From Perna viridis (lineage: Eukaryota), in assembly GCA_037379345.1 (NCBI GenBank), contig CM074511.1, positions 18,600,001-18,664,000 of the forward strand: a stretch of 64,000 nt of DNA, written 5' to 3'. Below, in pieces: positions 53,201 to 64,000 of this stretch. How positions within the stretch are numbered: position 1 is the first letter of the stretch; each line of letters starts with the position of its first letter. The notes below the pieces were generated by a model. It was not told where the DNA came from. It worked only from the letters and a program-made list of their open reading frames with translations, and did no database searches. A program made the position numbers and the translations under genes.

Positions 53201-56200
53201 ATCAAAAAGAGGCATTATAATAACATTTCTTACAGTATTGGTCAGTTATAATATACAGGAATAAACCTGAAAAGGGATTTGTTTGTATGTGGTTAAAAAT
53301 GTCTTTGTCAATATCAATAACATATAACAGAGATACTGCACATATTGGACCTAATTTGTTAGGAATGTGTTTTAGGAATATTTAGACATTGATCGTAAAC
53401 AATGATCTCCTATCTAGTAACTTGTTGACTTGTGAACATTTGTGCATTCTTTGAATACTGTATAGTGAGAAATATTTGTTTATCTTATTGGTTTGTCTAA
53501 AGATGCCAAATTGATTTCCACAAAATATTGATTCTGGGCTTCAGTACTCAGTGCATCAATTACCATAGTATATCTTTAAGCCTCAAAATTGCCAAATTTT
53601 ACACCTTTCATACAGTATATACATCTAATTTCATTCCAAAAGAATAGGATTTACAAAGCTCTAAAGTGGGATTTCTTTTTCTTTACAAAGATATTTTCCA
53701 TAATTCTAGTCATTATTGTGATATGTAGTTGTGTCTAGTTTTCGACAATACAACTTTCATATTTCCTCACCTGGAACCAGTCAATGGTACAACAGTTGAT
53801 CAATGAAGGAAACTGTCTCAGTCTATTACGGAAGGCATCTCCAATAGGACTGAAGGCAATTATGATATGTAAATTCTCTCTGATACGGTTCACAAAGAAA
53901 GCAAACAATGCCAGGGGACTGAAGTCTGCCATTTTGTCTCCAGCCTGTGCAATTGGTCTAACAGTCTCCATGATCTCTGCTTTCTCATCAGGTGGGAACA
54001 GATTTGGAACTTCCCCAGTGTTCAGTAAATTGTCAATGTCCTCCAGGAAGGACTCCTCTTTGATCTGAGTGTCTGTTACAAGGAATACAGTAGTCTTACC
54101 ACTGGCACCACAACCTTTCAACACTGACTTGATGTCCTCTCTCCACTCAGTTTTTCCATAGTTTTTGGAGATTTCTGGTTGAAACATTTCATATCCTGCC
54201 ATGGCTGTGGCTAGCTTTGTTAGAGATTGACGCCCACTACCGCCAACACCAACCAGTAGGGCATTACCTCCAGGAATTCTCAGGACACGACAGATTCGGG
54301 AAAGATGTTCAAGTACATATCTGTGAAAGAAAGACAAAATATGTATTCATAGTACTGCAAACTGGAACTTTAGTTAACCAGTGACATTAATATTTACCAG
54401 TAAAAGGAACCATTGTCAATCAATATTTCCTACTGGTAACCATTTTCAGTTTAGGTAAGTAAATCAAGCAATCGATAACCAGTTTGTATCATTGGTGTAG
54501 ACTGCCTACCAACAGTTGAAACAATGAAATATTTTACTAAGTACTAATTTGTTAACTCTGAAGTCAGTTTGTATTAGTCAGTTCCACACTATTTAATGTA
54601 TCTAATACTGAAGAGAAACATAAAGAATGTCATAACTTCTAATCAATATTGTACATCAAAAGATTTTTTTGCCGAAAAAAATTAAAAATGTAGATGTTAC
54701 CTGAAGATGACAAGGTTCATTCCAGTTTTATGTGTATTGTTATACTCCTCAAGACATTGTTCTACAATGGTGTACATATTGTCCATTGATTTGACCTCAT
54801 CGTAGACACGCTCCTCCTGTTCAGCATCAGGGTTCATGTAGTCACCAAACATCAAACTTCTCAAATCATCCTCTTTAACCTAGGGAATGAGATAAATTGT
54901 GTATATAATATGTAAGACAACATAAAAACTAAAAAATTGTTCTTATAAAATTATAAAATCATCAAAAAAGAAATAAAAACTAAGGTATTACTATTTAGAA
55001 AAAAAATAGTAATAAGAACCATCAGTACATCAAGACAATATAGGTTTCACTGTAGCTGATCATTTGAAAAGCAAACAATAAAGGAAAGATTTCACTTTTA
55101 CATTATACATTTTAACTGTTCACAATGATTTACTGTTTCAAGCTCAATAGGAATATAAAATCCTGATGAATAAAATGGACAGTGCAAATTCAAAAATATG
55201 AAAATTCATGCATTCTGATATGAAATGATCAAACAGTGAAAAAACTATAAAATAAAAAAAAACTTTATGAAACAATGCTTGAGTTTTTCTTAAATTCGAG
55301 TACAAGTAAATCTCAAGATACAGGTATATAGAAACATCATATGTGAGCAATAACTAGTATGACCAACTTCTCCCAAAGGAGAAGTCCACTCTTTTTTTAA
55401 TTTTAACATGTTTCCAGTGGTTTGTATTAACAAAGATCTTTGTATAATATGAACCATGTACACAAACTTAGTAAGCAATTCTAAAATAATCTGATGACAC
55501 AACATTCAATATCAGAAAAAAAAACTTGATCTAAATTGTTGTCGAACTTGTCATAAATTAAAAGATCAAAGATATAAATAAGAAAGGGAAATCATTTTCA
55601 AACTGAAAAAAAAAATGAACATGATGTGTAACTTGAATGCTTTTCTCACCTCTAAATCACCACACTGTTTTATAGGAAATTACAGATCAATTATTTTAAG
55701 TTTAAAAAAAAAAACCATGACAAATTAAATCCTGCTACATGTACATCAAAAACCCAATTTCTTGTTCTACTTTGCATAATTATCTTATTCATAAAGCTAA
55801 AATGAAAACATGGGCACCATTTTTTTTCAAGCCACAGATATAATATCTAATTGACTTGAAGACAACAAAGTATTACAGTTGAGATATTACAAGAATCTAA
55901 TGACTTTTGAAACAGAAAATTGACAGTCTAGATAGACAAGATCAGAACACATATAGACAGTCTAGATAGACAAGATCAGAACATATAGACAGTCTAGATA
56001 GACAAGATCAGAACATATATAGACAGTCTAGATAGACAAGATCAGAACATATAGACAGTCTAGATAGACAAGATCAGAACATATAGACAGTCTAGATAGA
56101 CAAGATCAGAACACATATAGACAGTCTAGATAGACAAGATCAGAACATATAGACAGTCTAGACCATTGGAAAATCTTGTCAGTTTAAGAAAGTTAGAAGG

Positions 56201-59200
56201 AATTTGTATAACAGAGGACATGACACTCTATTAGACAACAATTTTGTAACAACATATTCCTGTTTTGTGAAATGAATTTAGGCTTAAAATAAGAAACAAA
56301 GCTACTAATATTTGCTTTCAAAAGTTTCATTCATTAATATCCAAGTTTTATAACCACACAGAACAAATGAATGACATGATTTCTTTTTGTAACAGATGGA
56401 AAATATTTCAAGCTCCAGTTGCTTCCTTTGCTTGCATTATGAAACAAACTAGTTTGTAAATCTTCCATTAAAAATGAAGTGCTATATAGCCTGAGAAATT
56501 ATTTAACTCTAAGCATATTCTCAACTTCAATTACAAAGAAATGTGAAAGAGCTTTCATTTACATGAACTAGAAAGAAAGACACACAGTACTAAATATCTA
56601 CAACAATATTCTAGCAGTCACTTTAATGTCTAGTACCTTTCCAGGAGGACCCTGTTAAATCAGTAATACTCGAGTTATTTCTAATTTCATACTGGTCTCA
56701 ATGTGCTGATTGAAGACTTTATTCATAAAATCATACTTTAATTGTTAAATCAGAGTATGAACAAGAAGGATTTTGCTTTTTAAGTGAAACAAGGTCAGGT
56801 CTGTATTTCCTTCTCAACTTAAAGTATATTTTAAAAGTTTCTCAAACTTTAACACACCTTTTTTCATAGTAATAAAAAAAAGATGATTTTAAAGATGTTG
56901 TTATAAATAAAAAAAAATGATGCTCTAGTATCGATTGAAAAACTGTTTTCATTTTTTAACTGAAATACTGAAATTAGCAAATAATTTTACCTTTCCTTCT
57001 CCTGTGCCACCACCAGCAAGGTGTTCAAACAAGCTGTCAAAACTTTCCTTGAAAAAGTCTTTGACAGCATTCTGTGTTGTCCTGTAAATAATTTAAAAAA
57101 GAGACTTGTTGTGTATTGCAATTGAGTTAATAAAATCACTACAATGTTGTTAAAGTCATCTAATTCAATTTTTTTTTGGCCTCCCATTCCTGAGCACGGT
57201 TATTCTAAGATGAAATATATGAAATAACGTAATGTCATTACACATATTTCATACTGTAGAAATTTAAAGTTTAAAGGTGCACAAATTTGATAGAAGTTTA
57301 CTAAACTTACTTGAATAGCCAGGATCTGTCAGCATCATCTGTGAGACGGTCATAGAACACTCTCATTACTTCATGCACCCATAGTCTGTAAAATACAAAA
57401 TCAAATTTATTGGCATAAAAAAACTTATCCCCAAAACAACATGTATGAACATGTATTTTAAGGAGTAGCAAGTAGGTTGAGTTTAATTTAATTTCTAAAT
57501 GACAAAAAAAAGTGATTTAAAAAGAAAAAGAGTGGAAGTGAAAATATTTTCATTGTAAAACTGAACAAACCAAAATAAGCACCTCATCATGACTTTCTTG
57601 TTCTGAACTTCATTTTTCTTGATAAGGCAGACACCAAGGATGACTCTGGAGAAATCTCTCAAGTTAAACACATAATGAGATTTGGCTGGAGTAGGCAGCA
57701 GGTTAGCCATGGCCTGTTTGTACATGTCATTGGTGGCTTGTACAATTTGGTTTCCTAACGCCAGGAAATCTCCTGAAAACTCTGCTCCCTGAAAGTTGAT
57801 AATAGTGTTGAAGAATTACCGATCAATTACATTTTGTTTTACTGACTTTTTAAGCAAATAAATGAAAAATATTACCTTACACTATATCTATTACATGCAC
57901 AACTAATTTAAACAAACCACATCTAAAAATAAAAACTAAAAATGTATCTATTTAAATTAAATCTGCAGTTTTTATCACTTACTCTGAGATAAGTTGTAAT
58001 ATGCAGTTTTTATCACTTACTCTGAGATAAGTTGTGATGAGGATAGAGAAAATCTTGACCATGGTTTCTTCACTGAAGGAATTAATTCCAATGATGTTAA
58101 AATGTCTCATAAATCTGAGTGTGACATCATTTCTGCCACCTCCAGGGGGTCCCATAGCACAGATCAGCTGGACATCTTGTAGGCGGAGCTTAGAGGTGTC
58201 CTTCAAGTCGTACCTAAAAACAGAAATATATCATTTTATTAGTGGTTTCAAGTACATCTGAGTACATTCTTTGAAATTCAAGACAAATTATATGGATTTA
58301 ATAGAAATAAAATTTTGAATATGATGCTATGATAACCACAAGAAAAATAGCTTGTTGATATTTTGTATTTCAGGGAAAGTGCCTCAATAATGTTGAATTT
58401 TATGGATCTAAATTCAAGGTCTACTTGAGATTATCAGCAATGATTATAGAGCTGAAAAAATTGATACGGCAATATGTGCTAAAAAAAATTATCGAGTGAA
58501 GTGCCACTAGACTTGTGAATTTACTGTACTGAAGTTTTAAAGTAATACCCTACCAGTATCCATGATCCTGAAACTGTCTCAGTAATTCTATTGGAGGTTG
58601 TGCACCATACACTTCCTTGGCGGGCATGTTCAGATCATCTACAAAGATGACACATTTCTTGCCCATTTGAGGTCCAAATACTCCCTTTCTTCTCTTGTCC
58701 AATCTTGACATGATAATGTTCTGAAAATATTATGGCATAATTTTTTTTTATAAGACTTTGAAAGAAATCATTGTAACTTAATATTATCTAAACTACCGGC
58801 ATGTTTTTTTACTAGAGAACAAAACTGCCAATAGAATGTTAAAACACAGGATGTTTCTATAATTTATTTTTGCCTTAAGTACATTCATGTCACAAGAAAA
58901 ATGTCAAAATACTTGATGTATCTAAAATGCTTTAGGTGAAAAGTGTGATGGACATTTTAATGTGATCATCATCATGTCCAACAACACCGAGATAGGAGAA
59001 AAAAAACAATACCTGTGTCTGGTTAGCACTTGTTTGTGCAGAGAAGTTGACAAAATTAGGCAGGTATTTGTCCTTAGATAGACCATTCATCAATTTATCC
59101 TGTACATACACTGATTTACCAGTTCCAGTGGGTCCAACAAATAAGATAGGTCTGAAAAGTAGGACAACAAAAAGTTACTTGTCAACAAATTATCTATGTT

Positions 59201-62200
59201 ATAAATACATTCCATCTTGTTTCTTAATCGAGGTATTTACAACTGAAGCATATATTAACCATAATGAAAGTAAAATACCAAAGAGTAATAGTGCTTAGAA
59301 TATCTTAGATTTTAGAAATAATGAAAGTCTGTACCCAAATTATCAAAGAGAGAACCTACCTTCCGTTTTCTATACAGAGATCCATTAGGAAGGTATATCT
59401 AGCTGTATCCATAGTGGGTACCAACATTTCTCTGATCTTCTTTGCTTTTATCTCCTGACCTTTGATCAATTCATTCCAGTGTTTCCATGCACCACGGTTC
59501 TTGAACTAAAAACAGAATTCATCAATTTTTCCTCTATTTCTGGGAAAACTACAAGTGGCTGAGAACAATATCAACATTCTTCTCTTATCAATTATCCTCA
59601 GAGGAAACAATATGTTTTATTGATGTAATCTTTCCTGAAACCTTGACCTTTTTTCTTTGTTAAGCATCCCCCGTCTTGATCCTCGATGGTTTAGTTCATG
59701 GAAAAAGGGTGTAACTCTTGTTTGTTTTTATTAGTTTATGCAGCTTGTAGTCCCCAGTTATTCCAATGTACATCAATGATTTGATAGTTTGTAGTTAATA
59801 AATAGGTATCATAGCATTTGTGTTTCATTTTATATATCTGATAAGAAAGAGGTACGGGGAAATGTGGATGATTCTTAATTCATACAGAAGTATATTTACC
59901 AAGAATAAGGACCCTGACTTCGACACCACAGTGCAATAAACTACAAAGTTTATTGCGCTGTTGTGAAGATTTATACATGTATATATTAGACACCTTGATT
60001 ATTCCCGTCTTGCGTTCTTTATGAGGTATCAATTTATTGCCTAAGGCATCTTCAGAATGGAAAGGAAAATAAATAAGGCATTGTATAAGATAACAACCAC
60101 TTACTTCATAGAAGACTTCATATACATTTTGGTTGTCAGGCATTGGTACATCAAACTTGGTTCCTATAGCTTTAGGCATAGGGAACTCCTCCATCTTGCC
60201 CGAGATAAGCTCTTTGTAGAAGGCATCAAACTTAGTTCTACCTTCATTGTCTACACATGCAGCAATACTCCAGGGAATAGAGAACAAGATGGCAGACTGA
60301 AATGAAATAATAAATGATTGTCATATCTACACTATAAGTTATGATTTCTTAATTCTTTTTTCCACGAAAGACACGAGGTAAAATCTTTTAGTGTTTAGCT
60401 TTTGCCCTATATTGACAGAATCTATATCAACAGAAATAAAATTACATAAAAAAAAATAACTCAATTTAGAGTGTACTATGATCTAACATATATGGTCTAT
60501 AATACAAATATTGTGAACAACAGAAACTTTTTAATTTAAAACAAAAGACAAAGCTTTGTATAAAAGTCTAGATTTTCTTAGCGTCAATTTATAACGTAAC
60601 TTACCACAGCATATATCTTGAGATTTTTGTTGTCATGGGCATCTTCTGCATGGACATGCTCATGTAATAACATGTCAAACAAGTACATCAAAGATCTGAC
60701 TTGGTTACCATAGCGACCAGCTACATACTCCTACAAAAGGAAGAAAATTAAATGGGAGGTGTAAAATAAATGTTATAAATATCATTATTCAATGTTAAGA
60801 TCACAAGATAATGTGTTTTAAATTACTGGAATATCTAACTGATAAATACAAATAATATATAAATAAGAAATTGAATATGAATTAATAGTAATTACGATGA
60901 TATAAGTGATGAAAAGACAACAAAAAATGTTGGTTTGAAGTCTATATATAGTATAAGTGAAATTGACATTTCATCAGAATACTATGTACATGACAAAAAG
61001 TGTACAGGATGGATTGTATGTGATACTTTAAAGAGGAATTATTATTGGGGGTTATAATTATTTTAAAAGAAAAAAAAATATATATATAGAATATCCAATG
61101 GGTTTTCCATATCATATCCCATTACAACCCTGAGAGATAATAACACCAGAGCTGTTTTTTTGTATATCATATGTTTCAACATCTAAACTGTGAAACATAT
61201 TTTAATGTCAAACAAGGGACATCAATCATTTAGGATGTGTTTTGGATTTTTCCTTAATATTAACTTTGGCCTTAAAAACAAATTCAATAAACCCATACTT
61301 TCCACTTAACAAGATAATTTTTAAAGGAGATCCTTTTATTGGTTAATTTTAACCAAACGTGAAAACTCAAATTCTGGTTCAATTTAAATAAACAGACATT
61401 GAAATGAAAAGAAATAACAATATCCAATAGTACATCAAATCATTGCAGTGTGATACTGTGTGAAAAAGTGTTACAATGTAAAATATAAATTTACCATATC
61501 ATCCTTTTGTTTATAACAGAAATAATTAGTTGTTTAGACATATAGCATATAGCAGAATGTTACCTTATACAAATTTTGAAGGAAAAAATTAAAAAATGAA
61601 AACTGAAAGTTGAGGACTACAAAAACATTTACTATTATTTCAACATTTTAGGACATTTAATGTTCATGTCCTCCATATTGTTAATTAGATACTTAATGAA
61701 TGACTAGGGTTGTAATGATGGAAGACTTCTGAATGAGAAAAATAGTAACTACTTAACCACTTTACCTTTGTACTTTTTCTGACAAATTCAAGACATGGGT
61801 CAACAAGCCATTCAAACATATTTTCTACAACATCCAAGGCTTCTTTTGCCAGTGCTTCAGGCATTACATTTAACCAAGACTTAAAGATAGGTCTCCAACC
61901 CAGAGATGATGGTTCCAAGTAGATCATACCACATCTGCTCACTGTGGCAGGCTGTAATGAAATAAGAACTAAAACTGGGATATTGTTCTATATAAATATG
62001 CTGCTTGTTTTTTTTTCTCGAAAATATGGTGATTATTTTTATTAATTAACACACAGCACAATATAATAGTTCAACACCATGCATGCCTAATATGGAAATC
62101 TCATCAAATAATAAGTCTTTCAATATTACCAAAATCTTTTGTGTAGTCACAGTTTTGACAAATTCAACTACAGATTAAATACTTACAGAAGCCTGTGACA

Positions 62201-63913
62201 AATCCATGGTCTCAAAGATCAAACTCATTGGATTGGACAGCTGAATAATTTCTCCACTCATCAGACAAAGTTTCTTATTGTCATCTAATACAGTGTTCAT
62301 GTTTTCAATCCACAAAGCATCAATAGGCCCATCAAATATTACCCATTTACGATCTGGTGTGTCATTAGAAGAGAATTCTCTGAATGTGTTAGCAACAACA
62401 CCATCTGTCCATTCGTGAGACACAGGATCAAACATACCAAACAGCTGACCCATAGTGATGGATTTAGGGTTTATTATTCTGTACATGACCTTTTCAAAAT
62501 CTTGGTCATGACCCTGTTCATTCAGCAAGGTCATTCCTTCACATAAAGTTTCCAGTACCATGGTCTTACCACCAAATGGTTCACCCACCAACATAAAACT
62601 GCAAAAAAAAAGAAAGTAAACATTAAATAATGACTGCATTTAAAATTTCTCTGAACAAAACTTTGTAATTAATTTTATTACAACACCTACATGTATGCAA
62701 GTACTTTATACTGAAGGATAAAGTTAACATTTGCTTTTCATTATACAATGAGCCCATAATCTTGATTCGTGAAAGATATTGCAAGTGTTTTTAATGTAGG
62801 AAAACCTTATCAAGTATATGCATAGCACACTGCCTTTGCATGATATTCCTCCATTTTTTAATGTGTTGATGTACAAACATTACTTCAACACAATGATAAT
62901 ACCTTCTTGATACTTATGCATACATATTTCTAAAAATAAAATTCAAAATATCAGCTGTATACATCCTATACTCTATAGTTACACATACCCGTGTCTGACA
63001 ATCATCATTTCATATGTCTGAATAATCTTTTCTCTGAAGAAATCAACAAATTGTAGGTTCTTCTTTTGACATATTGTTTCCATGGCTTCCAGGAAGAGTT
63101 TGTAGTCAGCTTCTGGCAGAGTGACACCAGGGAACAAATCTGATGTGATACCATTAAAGAGTGGAATATCATGGGACAAGAATTTGGGTAAGTTGACATC
63201 AATGATAGATCTCAGTAGCTGAAAAAGTACACAAATATCTATCAAGTGATGCTTCTAGTAGAAATTACCATTGTAACAAGAGAAGTATTATAAACTTATT
63301 CACTATGTTGATTAATAATATTTTGTATTTTCATACAATACAAGGTTGACAAAAAAATTATTATAGAATCAATTTACCTGATATATCTTGCAATAATACC
63401 TGCTCCACCCTATGAGCAGCTTAATTTGTTAGGTGTTTGTTATGAGTTTTGTTATTACACTGACTAATAATTAAACTGAACCAATATATTGTACCTCTGC
63501 AAAATGAAATTTTTCCTTACCAGAATGTCTTCATCCTCATCTGGGAACTTGAGTTTGAGATTACCAGCTGCAGACAACACAGCTTTTACTGCTCTCATTC
63601 CATAATCATAGTGAAACTGTGATGACAGCTGTTCAGAGCACAGTCTATATACTGTCACAATTTTAACAGATAAATTTCTAGCATTCTGGAACCCAAAGGA
63701 GTACAGGGAGATTTCAGCAATCATAGCATAATCTGGTACCATCATAGCAACAGTTCTGAACAAGACTTTGAGATTATCAGGAAGTTCTGATCGCCCAGCA
63801 TAACCTGGGTTCATTGTAATACAGACATAGCAGTTGGGATTCAGATCCAGTTCCGTTCCTTCAAAAATGAATCTGTCTAAATGAGCTTGAACAGCTCTGA
63901 TAATACACAGAAT
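38020..63913 (-). CDS. DNAH12: Axonemal inner-arm dynein heavy chain, DNAH12-like; 5'-partial (part of AAA1 to C-terminus), 38 exon positions
   Basis: [18 protein letters not shown] (AAA1), GEPFGGKT (AAA2), GPTGTGKS (AAA3), GVGGSGRQS (AAA4), stalk/MTBD, AAA5, AAA6, terminal [14 protein letters not shown]. All exon phases join in frame. DNAH12 rather than DNAH3/7 is from recalled motifs ([23 protein letters not shown]). Confidence 0.9.
38457..38548 (-). CDS. DNAH12: Dynein exon
   Basis: [18 protein letters not shown]; AG/GT. Confidence 0.9.
38924..39061 (-). CDS. DNAH12: Dynein exon
   Basis: [24 protein letters not shown]; AG/GT. Confidence 0.9.
39228..39432 (-). CDS. DNAH12: Dynein exon
   Basis: [10 protein letters not shown]...[11 protein letters not shown]; AG/GT. 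Confidence 0.9.
40073..40176 (-). CDS. DNAH12: Dynein exon
   Basis: [21 protein letters not shown]; AG/GT. Confidence 0.9.
40644..40829 (-). CDS. DNAH12: Dynein exon
   Basis: [12 protein letters not shown]...IAGDILAK; AG/GT. Confidence 0.9.
40983..41216 (-). CDS. DNAH12: Dynein exon
   Basis: [15 protein letters not shown]; AG/GT. Confidence 0.9.
41551..41688 (-). CDS. DNAH12: Dynein exon
   Basis: [28 protein letters not shown]; AG/GT. Confidence 0.9.
41936..42076 (-). CDS. DNAH12: Dynein exon
   Basis: [17 protein letters not shown]; AG/GT. Confidence 0.9.
42378..42557 (-). CDS. DNAH12: Dynein exon
   Basis: [14 protein letters not shown]...[10 protein letters not shown]; AG/GT. Confidence 0.9.
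42669..42836. mobile_element. Palindromic intronic MITE
   Basis: CAATAGA...TCTATTG ends and an internal inverted repeat AGTTGATGAGCAT..TGCTCAATA.ACACTTCC / GGAAGTGTCTATTGAGCATGCTCATCAACT. Confidence 0.6.
43016..43240 (-). CDS. DNAH12: Dynein exon (AAA6)
   Basis: [12 protein letters not shown]...SISLGQGQ; AG/GT. Confidence 0.9.
43571..43715 (-). CDS. DNAH12: Dynein exon
   Basis: [10 protein letters not shown]...LRCIRPDK; AG/GT. Confidence 0.9.
43996..44154 (-). CDS. DNAH12: Dynein exon
   Basis: [11 protein letters not shown]...[13 protein letters not shown]; AG/GT. Confidence 0.9.
45509..45649 (-). CDS. DNAH12: Dynein alternative exon A (putative mutually exclusive)
   Basis: 141 nt, CAG/GTAAGT; [46 protein letters not shown]. 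Confidence 0.9.
46406..46546 (-). CDS. DNAH12: Dynein alternative exon B (putative mutually exclusive)
   Basis: 141 nt, CAG/GTGAGT; [46 protein letters not shown]. Confidence 0.8.
47599..47771 (-). CDS. DNAH12: Dynein exon
   Basis: [10 protein letters not shown]...[12 protein letters not shown]; AG/GT; ends phase 2. Confidence 0.9.
48182..48374 (-). CDS. DNAH12: Dynein exon (buttress)
   Basis: [10 protein letters not shown]...SEGNILEDE; AG/GT. Confidence 0.9.
48660..48735. repeat. Short imperfect intronic tandem repeat x3
   Basis: TAGTCTAGACAAGGTTTATA units. Confidence 0.8.
48746..48938 (-). CDS. DNAH12: Dynein exon
   Basis: [14 protein letters not shown]...GLEDQLLG; AG/GT. Confidence 0.9.
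49251..49465 (-). CDS. DNAH12: Dynein exon (AAA5)
   Basis: [13 protein letters not shown]...LEPLLLKQ; AG/GT. Confidence 0.9.
49799..49944 (-). CDS. DNAH12: Dynein exon
   Basis: [19 protein letters not shown]; AG/GT. Confidence 0.9.
50782..51312 (-). CDS. DNAH12: Dynein exon (MTBD/stalk CC2)
   Basis: [11 protein letters not shown]...GLGGEKDRW...YLGPF; AG/GT. Confidence 0.9.
51658..51879 (-). CDS. DNAH12: Dynein exon (MTBD)
   Basis: [21 protein letters not shown]...YDRDNIP; AG/GT. Confidence 0.9.
52162..52419 (-). CDS. DNAH12: Dynein exon (stalk CC1)
   Basis: [13 protein letters not shown]...ALDTLK; AG/GT. Confidence 0.9.
52837..53133 (-). CDS. DNAH12: Dynein exon
   Basis: [11 protein letters not shown]...[10 protein letters not shown]...FAASQ; AG/GT. 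Confidence 0.9.
53771..54320 (-). CDS. DNAH12: Dynein exon (AAA4)
   Basis: [13 protein letters not shown]...CCTIDWFQ; AG/GT. Confidence 0.9.
54701..54879 (-). CDS. DNAH12: Dynein exon
   Basis: [15 protein letters not shown]...MNLVIF; AG/GT. Confidence 0.9.
55922..56162. repeat. 32/34-bp intronic minisatellite, ~7.3 copies
   Basis: GACAGTCTAGATAGACAAGATCAGAACA(CA/TA)TATA repeats. Confidence 0.95.
56991..57081 (-). CDS. DNAH12: Dynein exon
   Basis: [30 protein letters not shown]; AG/GT. Confidence 0.85.
57311..57385 (-). CDS. DNAH12: Dynein exon
   Basis: [24 protein letters not shown]; AG/GT. Confidence 0.9.
57583..57788 (-). CDS. DNAH12: Dynein exon
   Basis: [20 protein letters not shown]; AG/GT. 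Confidence 0.9.
58021..58213 (-). CDS. DNAH12: Dynein exon
   Basis: YDLKDTSK...[10 protein letters not shown]...TTYLR; AG/GT. Confidence 0.9.
58554..58720 (-). CDS. DNAH12: Dynein exon
   Basis: [12 protein letters not shown]...FVDDLNMP...[12 protein letters not shown]; AG/GT. Confidence 0.9.
59013..59151 (-). CDS. DNAH12: Dynein exon (AAA3 P-loop)
   Basis: [13 protein letters not shown]...[11 protein letters not shown]; AG/GT. Confidence 0.9.
59360..59505 (-). CDS. DNAH12: Dynein exon
   Basis: [10 protein letters not shown]...[10 protein letters not shown]; AG/GT. Confidence 0.9.
60105..60296 (-). CDS. DNAH12: Dynein exon
   Basis: [14 protein letters not shown]...VYEVFYE; AG/GT. Confidence 0.9.
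60605..60730 (-). CDS. DNAH12: Dynein exon
   Basis: [20 protein letters not shown]...KIYAV; AG/GT. Confidence 0.85.
61766..61951 (-). CDS. DNAH12: Dynein exon
   Basis: [14 protein letters not shown]...RKSTK; AG/GT. Confidence 0.9.
62187..62598 (-). CDS. DNAH12: Dynein exon (AAA2 P-loop)
   Basis: [12 protein letters not shown]...DLSQAS; AG/GT. Confidence 0.9.
62989..63218 (-). CDS. DNAH12: Dynein exon
   Basis: [13 protein letters not shown]...MIVRH; AG/GT. Confidence 0.9.
63521..63913 (-). CDS. DNAH12: Dynein exon (AAA1)
   Basis: ILCIIRAVQ...FPDEDEDIL; AG/GT; 393 nt. Confidence 0.9.
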
Positions 63914-64000
63914 CTGAAATAACAATACAATAAGTAAACAGCTCTGATAATACACAGAATCTGAAATAACAATACAACAGACCTGCATAATCATTATTCC

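Overview
AT-rich animal genomic DNA; the repeat families and TLR type suggest a bivalve, probably Mytilus-like (inference). There are three zones. (1) 1-13.2 kb: the promoter and first coding exon (12984-13078, minus strand, missed by the ORF track) of a CaMKI-type kinase. Its repeat-laden first intron runs off the left edge. (2) 13.7-36.6 kb: a CpG-richer, TE-dense interval. It holds decayed Penelope-like RT fragments, a recent head-to-tail tandem duplication (14683-22380 / 22381-28724) with a TLR pseudogene and an inverted SINE pair in each copy, an intact single-exon TLR (29919-32330), and a 3-kb hAT-like element nested in a retroelement fragment. The TLR has a non-canonical BB loop (RDFEYG) and a coiled-coil-like tail after the TIR. 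(3) 38.0-64 kb: the 3' part of an axonemal dynein heavy chain (DNAH12-like, minus strand), which I traced exon by exon (38 exon positions, all GT-AG, phases consistent). The most notable finding is a pair of homologous, same-phase 141-nt exons (46406-46546 and 45509-45649) that look like conserved mutually exclusive exons in the dynein motor. Also noted: two candidate 15-nt microexons and three tandem duplications that copy splice sites. All calls were made by eye; no searches were run.
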